64,000 bases of DNA from an uncultured Planctomycetota bacterium (GCA_963823665.1 CAWGMQ010000011.1:992001-1056000), one strand, 5' to 3'; positions 11,147 to 22,941 are shown, counted from the stretch's first letter. The notes: generated by a model not told the origin, from the letters alone. Translations and numbers: made by a program.

Positions 11147-12709
11147 ATGGCTGACATCGTCATCATCAATCCACGGTTCGAGATGTCGTTCTGGGGCATG
11201 GAGCTCGTGCTCCCGTTCATGGTCAAGCGAGCCGCCACGCCGGTCGCCTCTCTGCCATTGCTCGCCGCGCTGACTCCACCTGAACACAACGTCACCCTGA
11301 TCGATGAAAACGTTGAGGCCATCAACTTCGAACGGTGCGCGAAAGCGGACATCGTCGGCGTGACCGGCATGGGTATCCAGCGGCATCGGATGAAGGAAAT
11401 CTTGACCGAGCTAAAGCGGCGAGGGGTCTTCACCGTGGTCGGCGGCCCCATGGTCACCGTGTGGGAAGACTACTTCGGTGATCTGGCCAATGTCCGCTTC
11501 ATCGGCGAGGCTGAGGAAACCTGGCCGCAGTTTCTCAAGGAGTGGCGAGCGGGGTTGCACCAGATGCGTTACGAGCAGGCTGAGAAATCCGACATGTCTA
11601 AGGTTCCGACGCCGCGGTTCGACAAGCTGAAAATGCAGCATTACCTTTTCGGCAGCCTGCAGTTCTCGCGCGGATGTCCCTTCCAGTGCGAGTTTTGCGA
11701 CATCATCGTCACGTTCGGTCGACGCCCCCGGATCAAGACTTCGCAGCAGATCACGGCCGAGCTCGATGCCATTCGAGCGCAGGGGCTGCGCATCGTCTTC
11801 GTGGTGGATGATAATCTGATCGGCAACAAGAAGGCGATCAAGGAAGTCTTGCGCGACGTGGCGACATGGCAGGAACAACATGCCTATCCCCTCACATTCT
11901 TTACGGAAGCGTCGATCGACCTCGCCGACGATCCGGAGCTCATGAGGTTGATGGTCGAGGCCAATGTCATCACCGTTTTCGTGGGAATCGAGAGCCCGAA
12001 CGACGCGTCGCTGCGCGAGACCAAGAAATATCAGAATGTCCGCGCGGGGGGGACGATGCTCGAAAAGGTGCACCGCATTCAAACCGCGGGCATGGAGGTG
12101 TGGTGCGGAATGATCGTCGGATTCGATAACGACGACTCGACCGTATTCGACGCGCAGACACAATTCCTCGACCAGTCACGAATCGCCAACGTGCTCGTGA
12201 GTCTACTGACGGCCATTCCCAAGACGCCGCTGTATGACCGGCTGGAACAGGAAGGGCGGCTCGATCTTTCGGACGACCTCGAATTTGGCACCAATGTCAT
12301 CGCTCTTCAGCTCGGCCGCGAAGAGCTGCGAGACGGCTACGTGCGAGTCATGAACGAACTTTACGAGCCCGAGGCTTATTTCGGTCGGCTGGAGCAGCTC
12401 TACCTGCAAGAGAAGATCCAGTTCTGCCAGGGCCGCACGCGCTACTTGAAGCGACATCCGATCAAACGGCTGAAGGCCAACGCGTTCTTTCTGGCCCAGG
12501 CGACCGGCCTGTTTCTCCAGTTGATGCGGAGTATTCCCGAGGCCTCGCTTCGCCGAGAATACAGGCGTCGAATCGGCCGCTTTCTGAAGATCCGTCGCGA
12601 CCCGGCCACCCTGCTTTCCTTCGTGTTCAGTTGCGCCATGCATTACCACGCCCACTCGATGGCCAAGCGGATGGTCAGCGGGCGCACTCCCGTGCTGAGT
12701 GGATATTGA
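11147..12709 (+). CDS. B12-binding radical SAM protein (HpnP/DUF4070-like family)
   Basis: N-terminal cobalamin-binding domain (LIDENVE, GGP), RGCPFQCEFC CxxxCxxC, VDDN, GIES. Confidence 0.9.
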   Translation: MADIVIINPRFEMSFWGMELVLPFMVKRAATPVASLPLLAALTPPEHNVTLIDENVEAINFERCAKADIVGVTGMGIQRHRMKEILTELKRRGVFTVVGGPMVTVWEDYFGDLANVRFIGEAEETWPQFLKEWRAGLHQMRYEQAEKSDMSKVPTPRFDKLKMQHYLFGSLQFSRGCPFQCEFCDIIVTFGRRPRIKTSQQITAELDAIRAQGLRIVFVVDDNLIGNKKAIKEVLRDVATWQEQHAYPLTFFTEASIDLADDPELMRLMVEANVITVFVGIESPNDASLRETKKYQNVRAGGTMLEKVHRIQTAGMEVWCGMIVGFDNDDSTVFDAQTQFLDQSRIANVLVSLLTAIPKTPLYDRLEQEGRLDLSDDLEFGTNVIALQLGREELRDGYVRVMNELYEPEAYFGRLEQLYLQEKIQFCQGRTRYLKRHPIKRLKANAFFLAQATGLFLQLMRSIPEASLRREYRRRIGRFLKIRRDPATLLSFVFSCAMHYHAHSMAKRMVSGRTPVLSGY

Positions 12710-13094
12710 AGCGTGCTCACTTCGTTAGTTTCCGGAGAATTCTGCCTTGTATTCGGTCCATCGCCTCCAGCCAAGGAAAAAAATCGGCCCAGCCAGAACC
12801 ATCGATCACGCGCTGCTCATGGCGGAGGCCGACGGCCACGGTCGTTACGAGGTGTCCATCATCGGCGATGTGTCAAAACACGTTTGCTTCTTGACGAAGC
12901 ACGAAAACGGGACGTTTACCGTCGACCCGAGGCAAGCGGGTAGCTTCACGGTCGTGTTGAGCGACACGCTCACGCGGGCTTGAGTTCTGCACCGACATCC
13001 GGCCAACCTCGCGTAGTCCAGGTCAGTAGAGGACGGGCGTGCTGAGCAGGGTGCTGGTATCCTGAACTCCGGCGGAAAGGTAACGCTCTCTTCG

Positions 13095-13295
13095 GTGCAA
13101 ATCAGGAACAACCTCGCGATCGGCGGAACGGGCGCGAATGGAGCGGGCGGATCGGGTGGAGGGGCCGTCGGTGGCAACGGCACTGGCGGAGCAGTCGGAG
13201 GCGTAGCCGAAGGTGGAGGCATCCTGAATGCCGCGGGGTCGCTGAGCCTGTTGAATTGCACCATCAGCTCCAACATGGCTTTTGGGGGCAACGTT
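13095..13295 (+). pseudogene. Fragment of a Gly-rich beta-helix surface protein
   Basis: NNLAIGGTGANGAGG...AEGGGILNAAGSLSLLNCTISSNMAFGG; no credible start or end. Confidence 0.55.
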
Positions 13296-13634
13296 CGAAG
13301 CAACTCTCGGGATCATCGACACTTACGAATGACGAGGGTTCTTTTGCCTCACAGCGCCCCCCGCGTTCCGATGCTCCCGCCCCGGAACGTCACCCGTGCC
13401 GCTCAGCGGCGCGGTCGGCGATGACATGCCACACACGGTCAGCAACTAGGTGCGCTCGGCTACGTCGCCGGCGTTTTGCACGCGTCGGTTGCTGCGAACC
13501 GCTCGATATCGACCGCCGTGCTTCGTCGCTTGCCGCGCCGGCGAACGAAACGCCGCCGGCCGGCCTCGAATCCAATCGAATTCCGCGTCTGCCGCTGCGA
13601 CCAGCGCTCGCGAGCGGGCGAGCGAGCGGCTTAC

Positions 13635-13880
13635 CTACAGAAACGCGACTTCTGCGGCCGCCTTGCCCTGAAACCAGCGCCGTGAGCAACGCGGTGCAGT
13701 GCGCACAAGCGAACTCGCTCGACCCGCCGCTTGTTTGAACATGCGACCGAAGTCGCGCACCGTGTCCACCCAATTCGTTCGGTCCAGTCCCAGTCGGTCC
13801 AGGATGGGAGCCAGGTCTTCAGGGATTGCCCCACGCTTGTCTCGCCGCAATTCCCGGCCCGTCTAATCGACACTGCTCGC
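13635..13880 (-). pseudogene. C-terminal remnant of a RAYT-like (HUH/Y1) transposase
   Basis: VD*TGRELRRDKRGAIP...PILDRLGL...W...VRDFGRMF; the expected DWTGR has TGG replaced by TAG; N-terminus absent. Confidence 0.7.
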
Positions 13881-13930
13881 CAAGAGTGCAGCGTCATCAA
13901 GGACTTAGAAGACCCCCCTCAAACCCGCTC

Positions 13931-14023
13931 CCTTTTCGTGTCTTTTCGTGTTTTTCGTGGTTAAACACTCTGCCCTGCCTCGAGCCCCTTTGTCATCGGC
14001 GTCGATCGGCGTCATCTGCGGAC
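13931..14023 (-). repeat. Two triple-unit motifs: CCACGAAAAACACGAAAAGACACGAAA and GTCCGCAGATGACGCCGATCGACGCCGAT
   Basis: Read directly; the second matches the motif flanking the GxxExxY gene. Confidence 0.75.
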
Positions 14024-14217
14024 AAGTCTTATCCGTTCGACCCTGTGCATGCGGCGAGAGAAGTCCAAGGCGAAGCCGCCAAGACCACAGTTGCTCGTGG
14101 CACAAAGACTGCTAGCCGATTCGTAAGTCAGATTCTTCAATCGAGACCGTTCGATAACGGCCATGGAGGAAACACGGCCCCACGCCTGTTCGATCGCCGT
14201 GTCGTCGGCTGTTTCAC

Positions 14218-15114
14218 TTACTCGCACACACCAACTGGCGCCACCGCACGCATATAACCGGATCCGCAGCCGATCGCATGGTCGCTTCCAATCTGCGCGA
14301 AATGTCCGTGGAGTAACTCCAGCACGAGGCTCGCGTCTCGCGTGGCTCTCAATCCCGGACTATCATCCTCGATCTGACCGAGTTGGTTGATGTACCGAAG
14401 AATTCCAACTGGCTGGTAATCAAATCGCGCGATGCCATCGAAATTCGCGCTCACGAACGGGATGGCTTTGAGAATGTCGACGAAGCCTCCGTCCGAAAGG
14501 GGCACGTGGGGCACGATGTCGTTGTTGTACTCGTAGCGAACATGGTCGATCCCAGCCTGGATATACGCGGCACGGAAGTCCGCATCTGCCGGTTTCGCGG
14601 CGGCGAACGTGACGACCTTCACTGGAATCTGATCGATCTGTTGAAACTTCCACGCGGCCAGCCCGGCAATCGCTCCGCCTTTGCTGTGGCCCGTGACCAA
14701 CAGCGGCTTCTGGGCGAGTGACCCCGTGCGCTGTTGTTGCAACTGGGTCTCGATGCCAGGATGAAGGAGATTCAAAGCGTCAAGAAAGCCTTGGTGAACA
14801 GCGCCCGGGAAGTTGGCCACCGTGACCGGATCGGCCTCGAAGTCGTTGATCCAATCGAGCAGCGACGTGATCTGGTGGATGTTAAACGGCAGTGTGCCGC
14901 GAAACGCCACAACGATGCCGTCCTCGATCTCACCCACCAAACATGCGTCGATTTCGAGTGGACCTTGCCTGACGACCGAGGGAGGCCGGACGAATCCAGC
15001 ACCACCGAGGTAGACGTTGGTGGGATCAGGGGCAATCGTGGGCGAGTCTCCGATGATGGAATACGCCGCGCTACTGGCGCATAGCAAACGACCTTCAAGC
15101 GTGGGTGCTGCCAT
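14218..15114 (-). CDS. Lipase class 3 family protein
   Basis: VAFRGT, DWIND, VHQGF, TGHSKGG, TFAA, DIVPHVP, late His. Confidence 0.9.
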   Translation of the reverse strand: MAAPTLEGRLLCASSAAYSIIGDSPTIAPDPTNVYLGGAGFVRPPSVVRQGPLEIDACLVGEIEDGIVVAFRGTLPFNIHQITSLLDWINDFEADPVTVANFPGAVHQGFLDALNLLHPGIETQLQQQRTGSLAQKPLLVTGHSKGGAIAGLAAWKFQQIDQIPVKVVTFAAAKPADADFRAAYIQAGIDHVRYEYNNDIVPHVPLSDGGFVDILKAIPFVSANFDGIARFDYQPVGILRYINQLGQIEDDSPGLRATRDASLVLELLHGHFAQIGSDHAIGCGSGYMRAVAPVGVCE

Positions 15115-15372
15115 CGACTGCTCCCGTCTTGGGATATCAACCGTGAAAAAATGAGCGAGTCTGTCCGCGATTATAAGCGGCATGAACACGCGACTCCACT
15201 CGCCACAGGAGAATATGGCTGATCGATCGCACCGGCATGGTGACCTTGTTTGCCGTCCTGTCCATCAGAAGCCGGCTGGCCACGGGTGGTTAAGAGCCCC
15301 CTCCCCCGAGTACAATCAACACCAACTTGGCTGGTTCGTCCGTCCAGAGCGACTAACGCTCGGCAGATTACG

Positions 15373-16570
15373 ATGAAACGAGTCACATGTGCGTCCTTGA
15401 TCCTGGCCGGCGTGCTTGGGGCAAGCTCGTTTGGAACCCGCGCGATCGCGGCGGACGGAAAGCTCAAGCCGGGTGATCCCGCGCCGCCTCTCGCAGTCTC
15501 GACCTGGTTGCGTGGTGCGGAGGTCAGTCGATTCGAGCCGGGGAAGGTCTATGTCGTCGAGTTCTGGGCGACGTGGTGCGGGCCTTGCCGGCAGATCATG
15601 CCCCACATGGGCGATCTTCAGGACGAATATCGCGACAAGGGAATCACCTTCATCGGATTTACCTCCGAGGCCAACGACAAGGAGGAGAAGGTGAACGCGT
15701 TCATCGCAAAGCAGGGCGCCAAGCTGGGCAACACGTTTGCCTGGGGTAGCGGATCCGAAACGCACAACGCGTACATGAAAGCCTCGGGGCAGAACGGCAT
15801 CCCGTGTTCATTCGTCGTCAACAAGGAAGGGAAGATCGCCTACATCGGGCACCCCCTGTTCCTTGACTACGTGCTGCCGAAGGTTTTGGACGGCGAGTGG
15901 GACCCGAAAGCCGGTGCCGAAACGCTTGCCGCAGCCGACAAGGAGTTCGACGCGACGTACGGGGCCACATGATGTTGACGACCAGCAGTGCTCAAGCGGG
16001 GCTCGAGGCCCTGGCCAAGTTTGCCGCCAAGTGGCCCACGCTGGCGAATAACGTCTACATGATTCAGAAGAAGCTGGGACTGCTAGTGCACGCGAAAGAG
16101 TTCTCGGACGCGAAAAGCGCGCTGAAAAGTTGATCGCCAAGTCCGTCAACCGCGGTGACACATCCGGCCTGCGGAGCGTGTCGACCGCGCTGCGCGACGA
16201 ATCCGCCAAGGGGAACGCCGAACTGACCGCACTCTCAGTCAGGGCCGCCGAAGCGGCCCACGAGCTAGATCAAGATGATGTGCCCACCTTAATCAGTCTC
16301 CTGGAGGCGTACGCGTTCGCCGGCGACCAAGCCAAAGTGAAGGAATTCGGGCCCAAGGCCGTGGCCGCCGCCAAAGCCGCCGTCGCTAGCGAGAAGGACG
16401 CGATCGGCACGCTGAGCGTCGCGGCCGCATACCTTGCCTCAGGCGACAAGGAGCAGGCCAAGGCAACGGCCGAGAAGGCAATCAAAATGGTCGACCGATC
16501 AAACGCCGGCATGCTGCGATACATCGAACAGCAAGCCAAGAAATTTGGCGTCGGGGCGGGCAAGAAGTAA
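15373..16570 (+). CDS. Secreted TlpA-family redoxin with helical C-terminus (frameshifts ~15962 and ~16120)
   Basis: Signal peptide, VVEFWATWCGPC, GIPCSFVV; three consecutive frames join into one protein. Confidence 0.85.
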
Positions 16571-16751
16571 GCGACACGCGATCCGTGCCGCCAACCCCCA
16601 ACGAGCTTATCAACGGAGTGAATGAGGCCAGAATCTGGATGAGACGACCGTGAGCGCCAGATAAGATCGATCTTATCTCCGCCTCATGGTCGCCTCATCT
16701 CGTCGTGCGATAAGCTGAAGCGGCACCCGGGCCGTCGAGCGGCGTCCACGC

Positions 16752-18275
16752 TCACTCCGTCGGAGCGACCGCTGGCCACAAACCGGCGAGCTTCATCAGG
16801 CCGGCATAGCAAACGGCCGAGATCCCAAAGCTCATGAACCAGGCGTAGTGATAGAGCGAGATCCAGATCGGAGTTACATTTGCGGCGCCGATCGTGCCGA
16901 GAAAACCAGGAACGCAGGGTGCGATACCCGCCGCCAGCGCGATCATCGCCAGCGGATTGAAGCCCTTCGAGTACCAGTATTCTCCGCCACTTTGGTACAG
17001 GGCCTTCAGGTCCAGGCGAGTTCGGCGCAGGAGATAGTAATCGGTGATCAAGATCCCGCCGATGGCACCCAGTAGCCCCGAGTACGCGACAAGCCAGCGG
17101 AAGATGTAGCCCGTGGGGTCCGCATACAGTTTCCACGGCTGCATCAGGATGCCCGCGACACCCGTGATGAGCCCACCCGTCTTGAACGAGATACGGCGCG
17201 GCCAGAGATGGGCGAAGTCGTTGGCCGGGCTGACCACGTTGGCCGCGATATTCGTGGCCAGCGTCGCCAGGCAGAGCGAGACCATGCCGATCGTGAGCAC
17301 GAGCGGATTGCGAAAGAGCGAGAGCACCTCCACCGGGTCCCAGATGAACCTGCCGTAGATGACCATGGTGGCGGAAGTCACAGCCACACCGATGAACGAA
17401 TAAAGAGCCATCGTGAGTGGAAGCCCGAGCGCCTGGCCGAGGACCTGCGCTCGTTGCGAAGTGGCATACCGGGTGAAATCGGGAATATTTAGCGAGAGCG
17501 TGGCCCAGAAACCGACGATGCCGGTAAGCGCGGGAAAGAAAAAGACCCAGAACTCACCGGCTTTCTTGCCCTCAGGCGCAAACTGTGAGGGCTGCGATAG
17601 CATCGGTCCGAAGCCATTGGCCTGGTGATAGGCCCAGCCGAGGAGCGCCAGTCCCAGAACAATCAGGAGCGGCGCCTTGATGTTGAGCAAGAACCGGATC
17701 GAGTCAATGCCGAGATAGATCACCAGCATGTTGATCGCCCAGAACGCCAGGAAGCACGCGAGCTGGGGCGTATTGATGTTCAGCCAAGGGATCGGTGCGA
17801 TCCGGTCCCACGACGGAATGGCGATGGCCAGGATCTTGTAAATCGCCCAGCCGCCGATCCACGACTGGATTCCGAACCATCCGCAGGCGACGAGCGCACG
17901 CAGAAGCGCGGGGACATTGGCGCCCAGGATTCCAAATGAGGCCCGGCAGTAGACCGGGAAGGGAATGCCGTATTTCGTGCCGGCATGGGCGTTCAAGACC
18001 ATCGGCAAGAGCACGATCAAGTTTCCGAGGAAGATCGTCGCGAGCGCTTGCCACCAGTTCATCCCTTCGTCAATCAGGGACGAAGCCAGCGTATAAGTCG
18101 GCACGCAGGCCGACATGGAGATCCACAAGGCCGCGATGTCCTTGGTGCCCCAGTGGCGGTCCTTGAGAGTGGTCGGTGCCAGGTCGGAGTTGCTGTGCGC
18201 GGAATCGCCGGCGGCGAAAGGCTCGAACGAATCGAGTGGGTCGGGAATCGCCGCTTGCGGATCGATTGCGCTCAT
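16752..18275 (-). CDS. NCS1 nucleobase:cation symporter (allantoin/uracil permease-like)
   Basis: [45 protein letters not shown]; many TM helices. Confidence 0.93.
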   Translation of the reverse strand: MSAIDPQAAIPDPLDSFEPFAAGDSAHSNSDLAPTTLKDRHWGTKDIAALWISMSACVPTYTLASSLIDEGMNWWQALATIFLGNLIVLLPMVLNAHAGTKYGIPFPVYCRASFGILGANVPALLRALVACGWFGIQSWIGGWAIYKILAIAIPSWDRIAPIPWLNINTPQLACFLAFWAINMLVIYLGIDSIRFLLNIKAPLLIVLGLALLGWAYHQANGFGPMLSQPSQFAPEGKKAGEFWVFFFPALTGIVGFWATLSLNIPDFTRYATSQRAQVLGQALGLPLTMALYSFIGVAVTSATMVIYGRFIWDPVEVLSLFRNPLVLTIGMVSLCLATLATNIAANVVSPANDFAHLWPRRISFKTGGLITGVAGILMQPWKLYADPTGYIFRWLVAYSGLLGAIGGILITDYYLLRRTRLDLKALYQSGGEYWYSKGFNPLAMIALAAGIAPCVPGFLGTIGAANVTPIWISLYHYAWFMSFGISAVCYAGLMKLAGLWPAVAPTE

Positions 18276-18760
18276 GAGCTCACCGCTTTCTTCACGAGAG
18301 CGCTGATCCTTGCCTCTTCGGCGGCAGTCATAGCCTTGAGCGCGAAGGCAACCGGCCACATGGCGCCTTCGTCGAGATTCGCATCGTGCTGGAAGCCGAG
18401 CGTGGCGTACCGCGTCTTGAATTTGGCGGCGCTCTGGAAGAAGCAGACGACCTTGCCGTCCTTGGCATACGCGGGCATCCCGTACCACAGTTTCGGCGAG
18501 AGGCCTGGCGCATTGGCTTTGATGATCGCGTGGAGGCGCTCGCCCAAGGCGCGATCCGTAGCCGGCATCGCGGCGAGCGTCGCGAGCACAGCGCTTTCCC
18601 CTTCCGCCTTGTCCCCTCGCGGGCCGCGCCGCCCCTCCGCCTTCAGCTCCTGGAGCCGCTCCTTCATCGCGAGTCGCTCATCGTCCGTGAATCCCTTGGA
18701 CGTCTTGCCGATCGCGCCCGTGCTCTTCGCGGACTTCCGCGTGCCCTTCTTTGCAGTCAT
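18272..18760 (-). CDS. DUF1801 (YdhG-like) protein
   Basis: [23 protein letters not shown]...RYATLGF...MWPVAFAL. Confidence 0.85.
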   Translation of the reverse strand: MTAKKGTRKSAKSTGAIGKTSKGFTDDERLAMKERLQELKAEGRRGPRGDKAEGESAVLATLAAMPATDRALGERLHAIIKANAPGLSPKLWYGMPAYAKDGKVVCFFQSAAKFKTRYATLGFQHDANLDEGAMWPVAFALKAMTAAEEARISALVKKAVSS

Positions 18761-18784
18761 TTTTCGTTCCCATTCGTTAGATGC

Positions 18785-20560
18785 TTATAAAGCGATGAAT
18801 TCTTGCCTGGTCACGTCGAAGACGCCTCTGGTCGTGATCCGCAGCTCGGGGATGACCGGAAGTGCCAGGAAAGAGAGCGTTCCGAACGGGGCTTCGAGCG
18901 GGCACCCGAGCGCCGCCGCGGCGTGATTGACCAGGTCGAGCTGGCGGCAGACGGTCTCGGCGCTTTCTAGCGAGAGCAGCCCGGCGACCGGCAGCGGCAG
19001 CATGGCCTGCACGGCGCCTTCCGCCGCAACCACGAATCCCCCGCCGTGCTCGGCCAGCGAGTGGGCGCACACGAGCATGTCGGCTGCGTTCGTACCGGCG
19101 ATGATCAGATTGTGCGAATCATGGGCGACCGATGATCCTAGCGCACCGTCGCGCGTCAGGCCGAAGCCGCTGACGAGTCCCAGGCCGATCCGGCCCGATC
19201 CCTTGTGCCGCTCTATGCTTGCGATCAACAAGACGTCACGCTCGGGGTCGAATGCCCACTGCGTGCCCAGACGGCGAACGCTGCGCACGGTACGCCGCGT
19301 GACGATCTGGCCCGGGACGATCTCGATCACCGGACAGTTCTCCGCTTCGAGCTTCAGGCGGAACGTCGACTCGGAGAGCGGTGGCAGACGGACGGTATTC
19401 GTGTGATCAAACGAGCGCACTGCCCCCTGCGCCAAGCATCGGCCGTCGCGCGCAGCCAAGTGCCCGTCCTTGATCACGCTGTGCACGCGGAAGCTGTGCA
19501 GATCCTCGACCAGAACGATGTCGGCGCGGTAACCCGGGGCGAGCGCTCCGCGGTCGTCGAGGCCATAATGCCGGGCGGGGATATAAGAAGCGTGGCGGAC
19601 CGCGACGGCCGGCGGCACTCCCCCCGCGACCACGCGGCGGAGCAGGCCGTCGAGATGACCGTTTCGTCTCAAATCGCTGGGAAAGACATCATCGGTGACC
19701 AGGCACCACGACTCATCCAGCTCGCCGCTGGCCAGGAGCGGCAACAGCGTATCGAGATTTCGGGCACTCGAGCCGTCGCGCACCTGGACGAGCATGCCCA
19801 GTGCGGCGCGCGCACGCGCCTCCTCGACCGTCGTGGACTCGTGATCCGAGCGAATTCCCGCCGCGGCGTATGCGATCAGATCTCGCGCGCACAGACCCGC
19901 GGCATGGCCGTCGACCGGGGCCCCGGCCGAAATGGCGACCCGCACTTTTTCGAGGATCTCCGGCGCCGATGCCAGCACCGCCGGAATATCCATCACTTCG
20001 GCCAGCCCGAGAACTCGCGGGCTCGACAGGAGCACGCGTACGTCGTCGGCCCCGAGTGCGGCGCCGTTGTCTTCCCAGGCGGTCGCCGGCACGCAGGACG
20101 ACGCCATCAGAAAGAGGTCCAGCGGCAGCCCTTCGCTGGCCTGGGCGAGCATTTCGATGCCGCGCGCTCCGAGCACGTTGGCCACTTCGTGAGAATCAGA
20201 GATCATCGCGGTCGTGCCCATTGGAACGATCAACCGCGCGAGCTCGGAGGGGACGAGCAGCGTGCTTTCGAGATGCATGTGCGCGTCGATCAACCCGGGG
20301 ATCAGCACCAAACCCGACGCGTCGATCACCTCCTTGGCTTGCCAGGAATAGCAACCAACCCCCGCGATGCGGCCGTCGGCAATCACGACGTCCGCCGGCT
20401 CGACCCGGCGGTTGAAAACGTTCACCACCTGGCCACCGGTGATCAGCAGATCGGCCGGCTCGTGCCCCAGCGCGACGCGAATCCGACGGCCCAGTCGCTC
20501 GGCGTCAACCTCCGAGGGGGGCCATCCGGAAGCCGCCGCACTCGGGCTGTGAGCACCCAT
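18785..20560 (-). CDS. ade: Adenine deaminase
   Basis: PGLIDAHMHLESTL, DSHEVANV, DGH, SDHEST, TDD, SSVAHDSHN, LALPVIPELRIT. Confidence 0.93.
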   Translation of the reverse strand: MGAHSPSAAASGWPPSEVDAERLGRRIRVALGHEPADLLITGGQVVNVFNRRVEPADVVIADGRIAGVGCYSWQAKEVIDASGLVLIPGLIDAHMHLESTLLVPSELARLIVPMGTTAMISDSHEVANVLGARGIEMLAQASEGLPLDLFLMASSCVPATAWEDNGAALGADDVRVLLSSPRVLGLAEVMDIPAVLASAPEILEKVRVAISAGAPVDGHAAGLCARDLIAYAAAGIRSDHESTTVEEARARAALGMLVQVRDGSSARNLDTLLPLLASGELDESWCLVTDDVFPSDLRRNGHLDGLLRRVVAGGVPPAVAVRHASYIPARHYGLDDRGALAPGYRADIVLVEDLHSFRVHSVIKDGHLAARDGRCLAQGAVRSFDHTNTVRLPPLSESTFRLKLEAENCPVIEIVPGQIVTRRTVRSVRRLGTQWAFDPERDVLLIASIERHKGSGRIGLGLVSGFGLTRDGALGSSVAHDSHNLIIAGTNAADMLVCAHSLAEHGGGFVVAAEGAVQAMLPLPVAGLLSLESAETVCRQLDLVNHAAAALGCPLEAPFGTLSFLALPVIPELRITTRGVFDVTRQEFIAL

Positions 20561-20603
20561 GAAAGTGAGGGCCTTCGTTCGCGAATCGAGGATTGACCGC
20601 AGA

Positions 20604-21050
20604 CTAGCGGAACATGAAGGGAATCTCGACGGACTCGCCCGCCAACACGACCGCGAGCCGTCCGCGCAGCTCATCAGGGTACTGACCAGGTTCCGAGGCG
20701 AACTGGCCGGCGGGTTTCGTCTCGGCGGCCAGCTTCACGTGCTTGACGTCCTTACCACCCTCAGCCCCAAGATGAACCGTCACATCGGAGGGCGGCGGGC
20801 TGAGCGCGCTCATACCATCGGCCTGGTAGAAGTAGGCCACCAGGCGGGAGGGGGTCGCGCTGGCCCCCCTGCCCGCAGGACCGCGCTCAATCAAAAGCTC
20901 GGCAAAGCCTTTCCCGCCGGGAATTTGCAGCATGTTGCCGCCGTGGGATGCAGCGGGCATTGACCCCGATGCCGCCGAAGGACCAGTGGCCGAACAGCCA
21001 CAGACCCCGACGCCCGAACACAAGAGTAGTCCAACAAAGACGCAACGCAT
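20604..21050 (-). CDS. Hypothetical lipoprotein downstream of DUF1559 gene
   Basis: Lipobox-like VCGC, SHGGNMLQIP motif, GAGG RBS. Confidence 0.72.
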   Translation of the reverse strand: MRCVFVGLLLCSGVGVCGCSATGPSAASGSMPAASHGGNMLQIPGGKGFAELLIERGPAGRGASATPSRLVAYFYQADGMSALSPPPSDVTVHLGAEGGKDVKHVKLAAETKPAGQFASEPGQYPDELRGRLAVVLAGESVEIPFMFR

Positions 21051-21393
21051 GGAACCTCACTTGGAGAGGATGCAGGTGTCTCTGGTTGTAGATTAAGTAC
21101 GAACTCGGCGAATCAGCTAAGTACAATAGCGATTCGCGCGGAAGGAGAACATGGGAGCGAGTCAAGACGCTTGCGCACAGAGAGCGCAGCACGATCGAGG
21201 GCAAACTGGAAGGGCGGTTGAGCGCGAGACGCCTGAACTGAATCGACGAAAAGCGATTAAACTCGCAATGCGGCGAGGCTTGGCGTTTGCAGCACGCGAA
21301 CAACGGAGGCCGGGAACGAATGACTCCCCGGCCTCCGTCCGGATCGTTGGCCTAACCCGGGCGAAGGAAACCCGGATTGCGAGATCACCTGAA

Positions 21394-22487
21394 TTAATAC
21401 TGATCGGCGCTGATAACTTCGCCACCGTTGCGCGTGGCGAGCTGTTGATAGACTCCCTCGAGCGCGCCGTTATTCGTGAACAGCCAGTTCGTGGAGTCAA
21501 ACCCGATGCCATCCGGCGCGGAATCGCCATAGGAATCGGCGTTACCCGTAGCAAAGGTCCACGAGCTGATCGAATTCTTGATGAAGCGCACCGAGCCGTC
21601 GGCGAACCCGAAATTGAGCCCCCCAGGATGCAAGCTTGAACCCATGGCGGCGCGTAGTAGTAGTAGCTCGGGATCGACGTCGACGAACTCGAGATGTTGG
21701 GAGGATAGAAGGTTGACACCATCGTGTCATAGTACTGCCCGGTGTTCCACGAGCCGTCGGAGATGGAGTAGGCCGGGTCGACCTTCACGAGCAGCGATTT
21801 CGCTCGCTCGCCGAAGAGGAACGTGTTGCTGGTTCCGTCGGTGATCGCTGCGATCTTGACGGCGCTGTCGTCATAGATCAAGCCGTTCATCTGCGAGAGG
21901 ACCTGGCTCGGATTCGTCGATTTGATTCCGATGTAGTACTTGCTGATGAAGGTTCCGCTGCAGCCGCCATAGCTTGTGAACGCCTGGTTATATATGGGAG
22001 ACGTCGGGAACACATCGTAGCCGTAGTTCCAGCCCGGCGTCGTGCCGTAGGCTGGGGCCGGCAAAATCGGCGCCGAGTCGGTCAAGTCGCTGGGGCAAGC
22101 CAGAGACGCGATCTTCACGCCCGCGATCGTGATGTTCTGGACGTTGTATCGCGTGAGATTGAAATTCGTCGCGCTATACATAGGCGCCTGCTCGAAATAA
22201 GGCAGCATGTGGACGAAGCAGCTAAAGTTCGCACTCCAGTAGTTGTGGAACGGGTCCCACGAGCTGTACGCCCCGCCGGGCAGCACGCCAGTGGCCTGTT
22301 CGTAGTTAAGCGCGGCAAGGCCGAGCTGCTTGAGATTGTTCGTGCACTGGGCACGCCGGGCGGCTTCCCGCGCGGATTGGACGGCCGGCAACAGCAGAGC
22401 GATCAATACGGCGATGATCGCAATCACGACGAGCAGTTCGATCAGCGTAAAGCCGCGAGAGGAACGTGTTGTCGATCTTGACGTCAT
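21394..22487 (-). CDS. DUF1559 prepilin-type protein with H-X9-DG motif (frameshift ~21650)
   Basis: [63 protein letters not shown] in the shifted frame. Confidence 0.93.
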
Positions 22488-22941
22488 GCGAGGCGACTCC
22501 TGGAAGGATAGAAAATCAATCGATCATGAGAAATCGTGTGTGCTCCGCCGGCCGCTGTCACTCAAGATCGGATTCCGAAATAAGCAAACGCAATCTCGAG
22601 CAACTCAGTCAAGGAACCACCGGCGGTTCTCGCGGCCAAAAAATGATCCGTGCGGGCGAGGCGTCGTTGCCGAGGGTCCCTCGATTGAACGACAAGACGA
22701 TAACGTATGTCATGACTAAAATCAATCGACTCATGATGCGACATTTTTTGCTTGCATGCGACTCGAAGAAAGAACCGCGAAGACCTCATGAAGGGATCGT
22801 GCTGCCCGACCCGCAAATCCGGCAAAATCCATAAGCTCCGCAATGTGAGGCGTCCGCAGCGGGATCTTTGGCGTTAACGTGCCTGATTGCCTCCACGTTC
22901 CCGTCGACACGCAGCCTCTCTTACGCTAGTCACGCGCAACT

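Noticed and set aside
15970..15972. Selenocysteine TGA in the redoxin
   Set aside because: The continuation is out of frame and the CGPC active site is already complete
22500..22900. Fur/Zur-like box or riboswitch before DUF1559
   Set aside because: AT-richer but no convincing palindrome or consensus
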